From IMG/VR virus record IMGVR_UViG_3300028377_000007, positions 1 to 64,000 of that record: a stretch of DNA of 64,000 bases, one strand, 5' to 3'. This document shows positions 19,232 to 30,043 of this stretch, piece after piece (position 1 is the first letter of the stretch; each line of letters opens with the position of its first letter). Source of the DNA: a virus. The notes under the pieces are model-generated. The model was not told where the DNA came from, ran no database searches, and saw nothing but the letters and a program-made list of their open reading frames with translations. A program made the translations under genes and the position numbers.

Positions 19232-19459
19232 TCATTTCATAATTACCCCCATAAGATATTGTTCTTGTTTTTTGAGTTCGCCGATAGAGCGATCATAATC
19301 TTTATTATTCGCCCAAAATATAATACTTTCATTGAACATAATCAACTGAAAGTTTTCTTCATTAGAAAGATTTTGTCGCCCAAAAGAAATAATTACATTG
19401 TTTAGTTCGAACATTTCTTGCCGGATGTAATTAATTGTGTCTCTGTTGTGTCCGTCCAT
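19232..19459 (-). CDS. hypothetical protein
   Basis: 75 aa, overlapping the next small membrane ORF 19053..19235. Confidence 0.6.
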   Translation of the reverse strand: MDGHNRDTINYIRQEMFELNNVIISFGRQNLSNEENFQLIMFNESIIFWANNKDYDRSIGELKKQEQYLMGVIMK

Positions 19460-19924
19460 GATTTTTTATTATTTATAAAGAGAGTGGGGAAAATTTCTCT
19501 GATTGTCAAGAAAAAAAATTATTCTTCCCAAAGTAATCCACACGCTTCTGCAATTTTAATTCTTTGTTTCTTTTTATCCAATTTTTATATGATAAGGGTT
19601 ATCTACTGGAATTAAATCACAAGAATATGCTTCATGTCCTTTTTCTCTAAAACAATCTCTAATAACCCCAGAGGATTCGCAACCAATTAATACCTTCATT
19701 AAAATTGAGTCCTTACTTGGTCTGTACTCCTAATCGCCATTTTAAATAAATGCTTTGTTTTTTCTCTCCATTTTTCCATTGCGGATAATTTGTTCGAGCT
19801 TTCTTCTTCAAAAAGAAAATCAATTTCTACGTTTGATTCTTCCTCGCTTTTATCAGAGTAAACAATAATTTCTTTGCTGTCTTCTGTTACATAGATCAGT
19901 ATCTTTTGCTTTTCCATAGTATTA

Positions 19925-20173
19925 TTATCCTTTAATGTTTCCGCATTTAAAATCAAATACGGTTTCTAGGTTGATGCTTCTGTAGTTTTTCTTTTGGCAA
20001 TCCCATACAGTTACAAGATTAGAATGGTTTTTATGGGTATTTTCACCGCCGCGAAGATACTTTTTCACCCCCGTTCTAGCCAACATTTTCCTTTCACTTC
20101 CATCTTTTTTGATGAATGATGCAGAAAAGAATTTGCCGCGAGTTTGTTCAATTGCTTGTTTTGTATTTTTCAT
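19925..20173 (-). CDS. SH3-fold/WYL_2 (DUF2693-like) phage protein
   Basis: FFSASFIKKDGSERKM..RTGV...VTVWD.QKKNYRSI. Confidence 0.7.
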   Translation of the reverse strand: MKNTKQAIEQTRGKFFSASFIKKDGSERKMLARTGVKKYLRGGENTHKNHSNLVTVWDCQKKNYRSINLETVFDFKCGNIKG

Positions 20174-20221
20174 TATTTATATCCTTTCAGAATTTATTTG
20201 TTTTGTCAACAGTTTTTTTAG

Positions 20222-20298
20222 TGGTACGGAGGGCGGGACTCGAACCCGCGACCCACGGTTTAGAAAACCGTTGCTCTATCCAACTGAGCTACCCCCGC
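20222..20298 (-). tRNA. tRNA-Arg(UCU)
   Basis: Stem ACGGT/ACCGT, loop TT-TCT-AA, GTTCGAGTC T-arm, encoded CCA. Confidence 0.95.
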
Positions 20299-20559
20299 AA
20301 AAATCAAGTGTATTCCTTCTCTGGTTCTGGAATATCCAAACACTCTAAATAAGCAAATAAAAGCCCTTTAATATCATCATAAAACCTTGAAAAAGTATTA
20401 TTATTAATAATAGAATTAGAATTGTCATTATTAATTAACAACAAAGAATATTTCTTAACTTCTCCGTCTATATGTTGTCCTATAATCTTAAATATGAAAG
20501 TTTCATCGAAAGACACTTCATCACCAAGATAAAATCTGCCGTTTTCTATGTCTGATTTG

Positions 20560-20952
20560 TTATTTATTGTTTTCATTTTCTTTGTTTTTTTCTATTTCTT
20601 TTATAATGTTATTTGTCTCCAATATCAACAAGGTGGATATTAGACATATATAATTTGCTTTTAGCGATTTGTGAAAAAATCCTACCATCAAAGTAATAAA
20701 AAAATATAAAAATGCGTAATAAGATAAAAATACCGCCACAATTGTTAAAATAACATTATAATTATTGATAAACAAGTAAATAAATACAGCAACTGTCGAT
20801 AATATAGAAAAAAGGGATATAAAATTTATCCAAAGCTTTTTTACCGCTATTTTCACAGATCTTAATACATAGTAGATAGACGGCTTCTTGTTTTTTCCTT
20901 CATAAACATCATAAATCTCGAAGTCATTTTTATTTCTCTTTTCTATCTTCAT
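20560..20952 (-). CDS. membrane protein
   Basis: Two or three hydrophobic segments. Confidence 0.65.
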   Translation of the reverse strand: MKIEKRNKNDFEIYDVYEGKNKKPSIYYVLRSVKIAVKKLWINFISLFSILSTVAVFIYLFINNYNVILTIVAVFLSYYAFLYFFITLMVGFFHKSLKANYICLISTLLILETNNIIKEIEKNKENENNK

Positions 20953-21885
20953 TTATATAAGGGATTTAATAATTTGCTTGCCATGCATCGTGACTGACCT
21001 TTTGGAATCAATTGATATTGCGTCGATCTTCATCAGATAAGGTTCAATTGTCTGTCTAATCACCTGAGTTGTCAAGCCTGTACTTGCTCCAATCTTAGTC
21101 AAAGAACAGGGGGAATAGTTGTCAATTGTTTTTAAAACATTTACCTCTGAATTATTCAAACCATAAGGTTGAATATGTAAACTCTTTTTAAGATTGCCCA
21201 ACTCTTTCTTGGTAAAAGACTTGTCTTCTCTATCGGATAATAGAATTTTAATATCTTTGGCAATAAGAGCCGCGTTTCTAGCATTAAACCTTGCTGCCTT
21301 GCTGATTTCTTCTAAAGATTCGTTGCAGAACTTACAATTCTCAACATTCATTTTAATAATCCTTCCTAACTCTGGATAAGAGTAAGGAACAAAATCAATA
21401 ATAATCATCCTATCCAATAAAGGTTTTACCAACTTTTGTTGATCCGTAGTGGCAAATAAAAAAGTTAACTTTCTAAAATCAAAAGTAATTTCTTCTCCAT
21501 TTGCGCGGGTAATTGTTTTTCTATTGCCCTTTTCTGTATTCATAATACTCAAAAGAATATTCTGAACATCTTTTGGGATTTCATGTACTTCATCAAACAA
21601 GATAGTAATCCCGTCGCAATCCTCTGATAGCAAAGGTATAATCAAGCAATCAAAAAACTGATTAACATTTTTAAGGATAGAACAGTTAACTTCTACAAAC
21701 TTTGTTTTTTCGTCTGTATTTGACTTTACTTTCTTTGCCACTTCTCTAGCAAAAAGAGTTTTACCATTACCTTGTGCGCCAGTGAACATTAGAAAAGGCA
21801 ATGCCTCTCCGTTCTTATGCCCGTTTAGGTAAAAAGATAATTTACTTTTTGCTATGCTTTGTCCGATTAATGATTTGAATAACAT
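20953..21885 (-). CDS. ruvB: RuvB-like AAA+ ATPase (Holliday junction branch migration helicase family)
   Basis: IGQ, GAQGNGKT Walker A, LFDEVH Walker B, FATT..L.KPLLDR, C-terminal wHTH with IEPYL. Confidence 0.8.
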   Translation of the reverse strand: MLFKSLIGQSIAKSKLSFYLNGHKNGEALPFLMFTGAQGNGKTLFAREVAKKVKSNTDEKTKFVEVNCSILKNVNQFFDCLIIPLLSEDCDGITILFDEVHEIPKDVQNILLSIMNTEKGNRKTITRANGEEITFDFRKLTFLFATTDQQKLVKPLLDRMIIIDFVPYSYPELGRIIKMNVENCKFCNESLEEISKAARFNARNAALIAKDIKILLSDREDKSFTKKELGNLKKSLHIQPYGLNNSEVNVLKTIDNYSPCSLTKIGASTGLTTQVIRQTIEPYLMKIDAISIDSKRSVTMHGKQIIKSLI

Positions 21886-22160
21886 TTATAGATCCTCTGA
21901 TTTGAAAAGTGGAACAGATTCCCCTTCTTTTTCTTTAACAACACTAATCTGTACTGTTTCTGGCGGCTTGTCAATAGAAAAACCCAAAACTTCCAACCAT
22001 TTTCTGCTTACCCTTATAGGGGCATTCTCTGGAAAAAATTCGTTTAACGTAGAAAGAGAAATATTCACAAGGGTTTCCCCCTTTTTTCTTTCTTTTCTTG
22101 CCTGACTTATATTGATTTTTCTCATTTGTAGAAGCATAAAAACACAGTCTGGTTATTTTG

Positions 22161-22634
22161 TCAAGCGTTTTTTTTAAAATTTACGGTATTATAGTAAATT
22201 TGTTCTTCTAGGAATTTTTTTGTCTTTTTATAAAGCCTTTTTCTCTCTGATATTAATGATGGCCTTTTTGAGCTATATTCCATGCAACCAATATAATACT
22301 CTTCTTTCTCGCAATAATAACTTCCCGCTTTTCCACTTTTAAAGTACTTTGACCAAGCTTCTGCCACAAAAGCATCAAAGATCATTTTTTTAAACAGATG
22401 TTCTTTTGTTCTATTTTTGTAGCTTCTTTCTTTGCAAGTTGTGGGCGAAATAGAAAAACAATAAGTTGATCCATTTATAGAGTAATAATCTGGGTTTCTC
22501 TTTAAATTATATGGAGCAAAGTTTTTAACCAAGCACATAAATTCTCTAATTAGATTGAACTCAGAAAAATTCGGGTAAAAGATTAACCCGCTGGTACCGT
22601 AGTTGTCGATGATGATTTTATTATTATTTAGCAT
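22161..22634 (-). CDS. hypothetical protein
   Basis: 157-aa ORF. Confidence 0.65.
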   Translation of the reverse strand: MLNNNKIIIDNYGTSGLIFYPNFSEFNLIREFMCLVKNFAPYNLKRNPDYYSINGSTYCFSISPTTCKERSYKNRTKEHLFKKMIFDAFVAEAWSKYFKSGKAGSYYCEKEEYYIGCMEYSSKRPSLISERKRLYKKTKKFLEEQIYYNTVNFKKNA

Positions 22635-22669
22635 TATGTTTTTGATGTGTAAAATTAATATATATTGTT

Positions 22670-23074
22670 ATGGTTTGCGATTTTCAAAGAAGTAGGGTTT
22701 ATTATTCTGAAAATGATGTTTTTAAGGATTATTCACTTGTGACTATTGATAAATTGATTTTATATTTTGCTTCTATTATTAGCTCTGATATATTTATAGA
22801 AAAATTTGGCCATCCTATAATTTTTTTAGAGTTTTATGATAGAAAGTATTCTATGTTTGATTATAAAAAAAGAACAATATTTATTTCGGCGCAACAACAA
22901 ATGGAACCCACTATTTTGCACGAGTTATCCCACGCGGTTTGTAAAATTTATAAACAACCCCTACATGGCAAAGAGTTTTGCAAAAGGTATTTATGGTTTA
23001 TTTATAATTTTCTAGAAATAAAATACTATTATTCTTTAGAAAAGTCTTTTCAGGATAATAAGGTTATTTTTTAG
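22670..23074 (+). CDS. zinc metallohydrolase (SprT-related, TIGR04338-like)
   Basis: DFQRSRVY.SE, ILHELSH, HGKEF; one of only two convincing plus-strand genes. Confidence 0.75.
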   Translation: MVCDFQRSRVYYSENDVFKDYSLVTIDKLILYFASIISSDIFIEKFGHPIIFLEFYDRKYSMFDYKKRTIFISAQQQMEPTILHELSHAVCKIYKQPLHGKEFCKRYLWFIYNFLEIKYYYSLEKSFQDNKVIF

Positions 23075-23362
23075 ATTTTTTTCTCCTATTTTTCTTTGAG
23101 AACATCTTTGTTTCGATCCCGTTCTCTAGCTCTTCGATCACTACTCCTCCGAATGAATTAGCGTTTTGCTTTGCGTAATTGAAAGCAGAACCTCTTCCAA
23201 AGATCAAATCTAGATCTTTTGAATAACTGGCAACCAATTCTTCGTGTTCGTTGTATACTTTGTATCTTAGTTTCTTGTTCATATTTGTTTTTTAAAGTTC
23301 TTTGTATGATTCGTGTAATTTTAATGCTTTATAGGTTCTATGAATCTCTATAAATACTTTTT

Positions 23363-24163
23363 TCAAAACTTAAACTTAATAGGTTTGTCCAACAAGACCA
23401 TGCCATTCGGCACTTTTACTTTTGGCGGTTCATTAAAATAACGACTGCTAACATGAGTGAGGATTGTATTTTTTGCGTCGATTTCATTGGCTTTATTAAT
23501 AGCTTCACTTAAAGTATTATGGGTATTTCTTTCTTTGTCATCTGGATTAAGAAAATTAGCATCCTGAATGAACCAGTTACAACCATTAATTTCTTCAGAG
23601 AAGCCGCAATTATCCAAGGCATAAACAAAATCTGCAAATTCATATTGTTCAGATATTTTTTCGCCAGAAGCCACGAGTCTTTTTATTTCGTGCTGATTAC
23701 GATTTTTGTATTCTCTTTTTAATCTTGTACGCTTTTCATAAATAATATACCCGAGGCTTTCTTTTGAGTGTCTTGTTTTAAAAGCTGTGATATAGTGTTT
23801 ATTTGTTATATCTTGCTTGAAGTCTGGAAGGATTCCAACCCATTTTACATGTTTGTTGAACTTGGTGAGCGTTTTAATTGCATCGATCTTTTCTTGCCCG
23901 TAAACACTAATCGGATAATAAATAGTTAGTTCTTTTTCTTTGTCTCCACGAGCGGAAGTGCGAGAATTTAAAAATTGTGGAATTCCGCTTAAATGATCAG
24001 AATGTACATGGCTAAGGTAAAGACTATCCACCCCAAAGATTTTATTTCTAAAATGAGTAGCAAAACCTTCTCCGCAATCAAACAAGGCTCGAAATGGTTT
24101 GTAATAGCACCAAGACGAATACCCGCCGATTGAGAAGATTTCTATGTTGTTGTTTTTGTTCAT
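23363..24163 (-). CDS. rnz: ribonuclease Z-like metallo-beta-lactamase
   Basis: LFDCGEG, SHVHSDH, H...SLGY, exosite-like insert, H, LTHVSSRY. Confidence 0.88.
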   Translation of the reverse strand: MNKNNNIEIFSIGGYSSWCYYKPFRALFDCGEGFATHFRNKIFGVDSLYLSHVHSDHLSGIPQFLNSRTSARGDKEKELTIYYPISVYGQEKIDAIKTLTKFNKHVKWVGILPDFKQDITNKHYITAFKTRHSKESLGYIIYEKRTRLKREYKNRNQHEIKRLVASGEKISEQYEFADFVYALDNCGFSEEINGCNWFIQDANFLNPDDKERNTHNTLSEAINKANEIDAKNTILTHVSSRYFNEPPKVKVPNGMVLLDKPIKFKF

Positions 24164-24557
24164 TTATCAATTTTTTCTATAGATTCTGTTGTATATATCG
24201 GAATGATAAATAACCACCAAGTTTTTACTTTAAACGTGATAACAATTGATACCATCTAATTAACTGTTTTTTTTGCCTAGCGAATTATAATATTTTTTTA
24301 TTATTTTTTCTGTTTTTTTTAATAATCATTTTTATATTTCTTCGTATAAAGATTTAATATAATCTTTGCGCTGTTTATTTAAAATATTTAAGGAAAAAAG
24401 CCCCAGTAAAATACCAGGGAGAAAAAAAGCTAGACCCAAATAAGTTCCCTCCATAGATGCTGATATTACTATAAATAAAAAAAATAAAGTTATAAAAGAA
24501 GCTAAAAATGTATTCAATCTCCAATCTTCATAATCGAACTCAATTGCTATTTCTATT

Positions 24558-25289
24558 TTATTTGGATTCATTTGTTGGTTTTAGCCAGAGGCTTTTTACT
24601 TTGTCTTTGAAAAGGGAGTCTCTTAAATTTTTATATTCCTCAAGTTGGCACAATGTAGCGTGAGTGTCGAACAAAAAGCAACGAAAAAGTTCTTCTCTCA
24701 CTCTTTCTTGGGAAACATTTTTTTCTAAAGCACCGCAATAATATTTATCGCTCATACATTCTTTGATTTCGTTGGAAAGAAAAAAGCTTTTTGTGATAGC
24801 AAACCTGAAATATCTTAACAATCTAAGGTTATCCTCTTTGATTCTTACTTTAGCAGAACCCACAGCATTAATTAAACTGTTTTTAATATCCTCTACCCCG
24901 TTAAAAGGATCAATGATTTCGCCATTCGATAAATCTACAGCAACAGCATTCATTGTCGCATCTCTACGCTTCAAATCCTCTTCAATCCTAGACGCCACCT
25001 TTACACTGTCTGGCCTTCTTGCATCGGTATAAGCTCCGTCCTTGCGAGCCATAGCAATATCTACAGATCCTAACTTTGGCAACTTGCAACGAACAGTTAG
25101 ATATTCTGGTTTAGAAATAAAAACTTTGCCGCCGACTCTTTCAATTTCAGATTCTACTTCTGCGATTGAATCGCAAACCATACACAAATCAATATCCTTT
25201 GGCTTAGAATTTTCATTCATAATTTTATCCCTGACATAACCGCCGACTATGTAAGTTGGATAATTAAAGCTTATATTTGGAATCTTCAT
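24558..25289 (-). CDS. cca: CCA tRNA nucleotidyltransferase (class II head domain)
   Basis: VGGYVRD, DIDL, EDLKRRDATMNA, DPFNG, EDNLRLLR. Confidence 0.92.
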   Translation of the reverse strand: MKIPNISFNYPTYIVGGYVRDKIMNENSKPKDIDLCMVCDSIAEVESEIERVGGKVFISKPEYLTVRCKLPKLGSVDIAMARKDGAYTDARRPDSVKVASRIEEDLKRRDATMNAVAVDLSNGEIIDPFNGVEDIKNSLINAVGSAKVRIKEDNLRLLRYFRFAITKSFFLSNEIKECMSDKYYCGALEKNVSQERVREELFRCFLFDTHATLCQLEEYKNLRDSLFKDKVKSLWLKPTNESK

Positions 25290-25700
25290 TATAGTTTTTT
25301 TATCAATACAGACATATGATTAAAAATATAGTCTGATAATTGTTCTTTTGTTACTAATAGGTATTTGTCCATTTCTGGATAATTTCTAAGCTCGACAGTG
25401 GTTGAACAGGTAAGCTTTGTCAAGTCTAAATCGTCTTTTCTACCAATAAAAAATACAAAGTTCTTTTTGTTTGTTGAATATTTGTGGAAGAATACTATTT
25501 CATCTTTTTCGAACAGCAAACCAGATTCTTCTTTCGTTTTTCGAATCGCCGCATCTTTCTCTGTTTCACCTTGTTCTATTTTTCCTTTTGTGAAACCCCC
25601 AAACTTCTCTTCCTTTGTTATCCTTAGAGAATGTAGAACGAGCTATTAGAAATTTATCTCCGCTTTTAACGATTATGCCGCATGATGTTTGTTTCGCCAT
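25289..25700 (-). pseudogene. frameshifted NUDIX hydrolase (T4 NudE-like)
   Basis: MAKQTSCGII...VWG, one extra G in a G5 run (25596-25600), then FTKGKIEQGETEKDAAIRKTKEESGL Nudix box continuing into 25289..25519. Confidence 0.8.
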
Positions 25701-25983
25701 TATTTTAAATTTTATTAAGCAAAAGGCATTGTGGGGCCAATATAGGGCTCTTTATCAGTTTCTATCCTTTCTGGGTTATTTTTTTTGTCAATATATTCTT
25801 CGATTGTTTCGCAAAGTTTTTCATCATCTAAAATTTCCTCCATTTTTGATGTCATAAACTTCATGTAATCAGATAAAGATATTTTTAGGTTCTTTTTTTT
25901 CTCTTCTTATTGCTTGTGTGTGGGAAATTATGTTTTTATCAAAATTATCCCCCAGACTTAATCCTATTTTTTCTTTTCTCATA

Positions 25984-26481
25984 TTACTTCCTCTTGTATA
26001 CTTTTGTGGGTTTTCCTCTCCCGCCCTTAATTTCTCTTGATATAACCCAATCATCGCGCTTCATAAGTTGATTATAAATATAGGAATTACTTTTACCGTA
26101 TTCTTTTGCTAGGTCTTTGATGGTAAATTCTTTGTCTGGTAATTCCATAATGAATTGATTTGTTACTCCAGAGATTTTTTTATTGTCCTCGAACTTTTTC
26201 TTTTTCAACTCTTCATATTTAATTTTTGCGCTTTCTATATTCGGGTAAGTAAAACCATACGTTCCCCACAATTCATTGCTTGGATACATTTCTGCTGGTT
26301 CAACCTTGTTTCCTGCAATTTCATATCCATCATGTTTACTAATTTTGATTACTTCGAAGGCAATAAATTCATCGTTATCTTTCTTTCTTTGTTCATAGAT
26401 TGCGACATCCCCCTCTCTTTTTACTTGTGTAAAAGTGAATTGCCATTTTGTGATTTTTTTCTCTAGTATTTTGTAGTTCAT
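25984..26481 (-). CDS. hypothetical protein with a C-terminal HTH
   Basis: EFTIKDLAKEYGKS...GRGKPT. Confidence 0.65.
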   Translation of the reverse strand: MNYKILEKKITKWQFTFTQVKREGDVAIYEQRKKDNDEFIAFEVIKISKHDGYEIAGNKVEPAEMYPSNELWGTYGFTYPNIESAKIKYEELKKKKFEDNKKISGVTNQFIMELPDKEFTIKDLAKEYGKSNSYIYNQLMKRDDWVISREIKGGRGKPTKVYKRK

Positions 26482-26488
26482 CGTTTTG

Positions 26489-27487
26489 TTATTTTACAAT
26501 AAGAACTTTAGACGGTGTATTATTATCGCCGCGAGTTTTATAATTGTTCTCATTCACAATTCCAAGGATTTGTTCTGAAACAAAAGGTGTCTTGAAATTC
26601 TTTTTGATTGTTTTGATCATGATTGAGCCAGCTTCTTTTAGCTTTCTATCGATATAGACGATCAATTTTTCTTGGCTATTTTCAACCTTCTTTTCTTTTG
26701 CCACAGGAGACTTGTTTTCTGGTTTTTCTTTGTTCAATTCTTTAATAATTTCATAACGGCAAACTCTGCACTTATGAAAAGTGGAATTATTTGGAACACT
26801 AACGGCGTCTGCTGGATTGAATCTTACAAGAATAAATTTAGTCCCCCATCCTTTCGCAAAGGAATAAGATCCAACATGTAGCCCCTCCGCGCAACTTGCG
26901 TCTGGATTATCAACGCAAGATAGTCTGCTGATTTCAATTGTGGAACCCACCTTATTGAGAATTTGGCCCTTTTCATTTGTTTCTCCTTGTAGTACAATAG
27001 TGTTTGGATTTCCCATAACACTATAATCGTTTTCTTTAATCCCCTTGAATGCTACAACAAAACCATCTTCATCAATAACTAAATTATGATGTTCTAAAAA
27101 TCCGTATAGTTGGTCAACACTATTCTTTGACGGATTCTTGATCAAATGATTAACAAATTTCAAAAGATGTTTAATGTTTTTATTTCCGCTGTTATACTCA
27201 GCTACAATATAATTTGTAACATATGTATTCAACAAAATCCATTTGTTGTTGATAAAGATTTCAAGACCACTTGCGGTAACTCTTGTGTTTTCGTATTCAA
27301 AAACCCCGCTTTCATCCTCTTTTTCGAAAATGGTGCCTTTTAATAGACTCGGAATAACATCATACTTTGCCTTTCTCAAAGCCATTAAAATGTTATCAAA
27401 GTTTTTATGAGATTTGTTGATAATGGTTTGCTCCCCATCAATAAAAAGCGTGATTTGATTAGTGGTAATTGTGTGTAGTATTTTCAT
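26489..27487 (-). CDS. rIIB: RIIB-like lysis inhibition/Rex-exclusion protein
   Basis: NPS...DQLYGFL, DG.VVAFKG, C..GLHVG, VRFNPADAVSVP, KCRVCRYE; downstream of rIIA. Confidence 0.88.
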   Translation of the reverse strand: MKILHTITTNQITLFIDGEQTIINKSHKNFDNILMALRKAKYDVIPSLLKGTIFEKEDESGVFEYENTRVTASGLEIFINNKWILLNTYVTNYIVAEYNSGNKNIKHLLKFVNHLIKNPSKNSVDQLYGFLEHHNLVIDEDGFVVAFKGIKENDYSVMGNPNTIVLQGETNEKGQILNKVGSTIEISRLSCVDNPDASCAEGLHVGSYSFAKGWGTKFILVRFNPADAVSVPNNSTFHKCRVCRYEIIKELNKEKPENKSPVAKEKKVENSQEKLIVYIDRKLKEAGSIMIKTIKKNFKTPFVSEQILGIVNENNYKTRGDNNTPSKVLIVK

Positions 27488-27533
27488 TGTTCGTGTATAT
27501 TGAATTATTTCTCTTGGATTGTCAAATTTTTTC

Positions 27534-29702
27534 TTAGATATTTAGGATTTTTTCTTTGTTTTTTCTTAGGTATTCGATGCTCCCAGATTTTTCAAAATCT
27601 ATATACTTTAAAATCTCATATTTTTTAGATATGGATTCTGATTGTTCTTTTAGGGCATCGTGCACGGATATTAAAGCTTTATGTATTTTATTCCCATTGA
27701 TTTTTGGATACTCAAAAAACTTTTCTGTTGATATTTTTGAATGCTTTAAATATGAATGATAACAATTTTCGCAATCATAAGAAAAGCTATAGTCCACACT
27801 TCTTTCGGATATTTCAATTTTTAATGGAGACTTGTCCTTTTTGATAATTGATTTATACAAAGAAAGACCAAACATTGAGCTATTTTCGTGGGAATAAATT
27901 CTAAAAGATGGGTGAGCATTAATAATAGATTTCCTGATATCATACTTTTTGTGCTTAATTTCAGATTTGATCTTTTCATCTAGGTTAACCCAAGAAGATT
28001 CTAAGTCTTTGATGTCATTTTCTCTAATAATATAAATGTTTTTGATTTCAAAAGTAATTCTAGCGGTTTCGTATTCAAAAAACTCTAATCTAGCAGAGCT
28101 ATTCTTTACAGAAAAATGCTTCGTTGGAATATAATACTTTTCCTCTAGTTCATCTAGTTCATCAATTTCATCTTCTGTTAATGGCTTTGAACATCTTCTA
28201 TCTGAAACATCTGAGTACTTAAATTTAAAAAACTTAACCCCTGACTTTTTTTCCACCTTACTCAAGTTGCTAGCTTTTGCTCCTGTTCTTGTTTTTACTT
28301 CAAAACTCCAATTTGAAATATCTACAATCTCAATACCCAATTTATCTTTCCCGCCAACAAGATTGATTAGGTTTTCCAACTCTTTTGGTTCTTTGATTTC
28401 AATATTGTCCTCTCTTGAATCAGATTCGATATTATCTTTGAATTTAGCTGCACTTCTTTTCCCTTCTATATTAATATATAGTTTCTCTATTTGGTCGAAG
28501 TGAATGCGGTCGGTGTTATCTGACTTTAAAACCCTTCCATACCCTCTGACTTTAGACCTAAAATAATAATTCTTTCCAGAAATCTTAAATGGGTGAAAAA
28601 TATTCAAAAACACACCATTAAAAGAAAGTTCGTCATATACTTTTCTATAGAATGGAAAAACTTTCTTAGATAATGCTAAAGCCTCTTTAAGCGTCTTTGT
28701 TGCGCTGATCTTTTTCGAATAATCCTCTACTAAATTATCATATATTTTTAGAAAATAATTGCCAAGGTTAATTACAGTTTTCTTATCCAGCGTTAGGTTT
28801 TCTCTACTAGGAGGAAAAGAAACTTCTTTTGGTAAAACATACAAATGAATAGAAAAAGAGTTTAAAAGATCATCAATATTGTTATAATCTTTTTCGCTAA
28901 AAGAACTTTCTATTTTTCTGAGAAGTTCATGCTTATCAAAGTTATAGGCAATATTGGCCATGATAACTTTTTTCTGACCATCATTTTTTCTACGAATCTT
29001 ATATTTAACTCCATCGCTCAAATCTTTTTCAAAATCAAATTCAGGAATATGATCGTCAAAACTAAAAGAGGGATCATTTGTAATCACTGGCAACACAGAA
29101 AAGAAACTAAAACACTCTTTTGCTGTCCTATTAAAATAATTTACTTCGCAATCACCGATTGAAAAAGAAATCTCTAATCCATTAGGTTGATCTGTATCGA
29201 ATGTGCCGATGTTATAAACAGTATTATTGTTTTTATCATTAATTCTTACTTCATAGACGCCAAGCTTTCCATTTTGAAAAGTCTTAACAATAAAAGAGTC
29301 ATTACCTTCGATTGCTAATGGGGCGAACCTACCAATCCCAAAACAACCAGCTTGATTTTCGCTTTGAAAATTATCCTCTCTTTTTGTACTTTTACCAAAG
29401 AGATTATATGCGGTATCCATTCTTTCAAACGAAATTCCGTTGCCAAAGTCTCTGATGGAACAAGTCTTATCTTCTAGAGTAGGAAGTTTAACATGAATTG
29501 GTTTATCTTGAATCCCAGAATCGAAGTGGGAATCCATAGCGTTTGTTGTGGTTTCTCTGATCGCCGCCAATTCTTTGTTGGAATAGATAAAATCCCTCAA
29601 AAGAGACGCCATATAACCGCTGTCCTCTGTATCAAAAGAACAGTCCTTAGAACTGATTCCTTCGCTTGAGATAACTTTTTGCTTTGTGGTGATTACGTTC
29701 AT
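27534..29702 (-). CDS. rIIA: RIIA-like protein with an N-terminal HATPase (GHKL) domain
   Basis: YSNKELAAIRE..TNAMDSH, IRDFGNGIS, STKR, GCFGIG. Confidence 0.9.
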   Translation of the reverse strand: MNVITTKQKVISSEGISSKDCSFDTEDSGYMASLLRDFIYSNKELAAIRETTTNAMDSHFDSGIQDKPIHVKLPTLEDKTCSIRDFGNGISFERMDTAYNLFGKSTKREDNFQSENQAGCFGIGRFAPLAIEGNDSFIVKTFQNGKLGVYEVRINDKNNNTVYNIGTFDTDQPNGLEISFSIGDCEVNYFNRTAKECFSFFSVLPVITNDPSFSFDDHIPEFDFEKDLSDGVKYKIRRKNDGQKKVIMANIAYNFDKHELLRKIESSFSEKDYNNIDDLLNSFSIHLYVLPKEVSFPPSRENLTLDKKTVINLGNYFLKIYDNLVEDYSKKISATKTLKEALALSKKVFPFYRKVYDELSFNGVFLNIFHPFKISGKNYYFRSKVRGYGRVLKSDNTDRIHFDQIEKLYINIEGKRSAAKFKDNIESDSREDNIEIKEPKELENLINLVGGKDKLGIEIVDISNWSFEVKTRTGAKASNLSKVEKKSGVKFFKFKYSDVSDRRCSKPLTEDEIDELDELEEKYYIPTKHFSVKNSSARLEFFEYETARITFEIKNIYIIRENDIKDLESSWVNLDEKIKSEIKHKKYDIRKSIINAHPSFRIYSHENSSMFGLSLYKSIIKKDKSPLKIEISERSVDYSFSYDCENCYHSYLKHSKISTEKFFEYPKINGNKIHKALISVHDALKEQSESISKKYEILKYIDFEKSGSIEYLRKNKEKILNI

Positions 29703-29791
29703 TTTTTGTTGATTAGTTGGTTTCCGATTTGATGCTGTCCACAATGACAGGGAATCGGGGGTTGTCAAGCGTTTTTTCAACATTTATAATA

Positions 29792-30043
29792 TCAAGAATC
29801 TGGATCTGGATAACTGGGACAATCAATTGTAGGTATTTCAACAGCCACGCAACCGCTAGACTCTTTGACGGGTTCGACATAGATTCCCGCTAACTTTTCA
29901 ATATCACTTCTATAATAGCGTCTATGTCCGTCTTCTGTATGGAATGGGGTTAATTTACCCACACGTTCCCAATTTCTAAGAGTTTTATCGGAGACTCCAA
30001 GGATGGATACGGCATCGCTGATTGATAGAATTTTCTTATCCAT
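29792..30043 (-). pseudogene. IS607 tnpA N-terminal (MerR HTH) relic
   Basis: MDKKILSISDA.SILGVS..TLRNWER.GKLTPFHT..GHRRY, near-identical to the tnpA HTH at 39852..40343 and truncated before the recombinase domain. Confidence 0.85.

Noticed and set aside
20222-20298. Amber suppressor tRNA (CTA is visible in the loop) or a recoded genome
   Set aside because: The 7-nt loop TTTCTAA centres on TCT (Arg). Long genes are intact in code 11, and both TAG and TGA end genuine genes.
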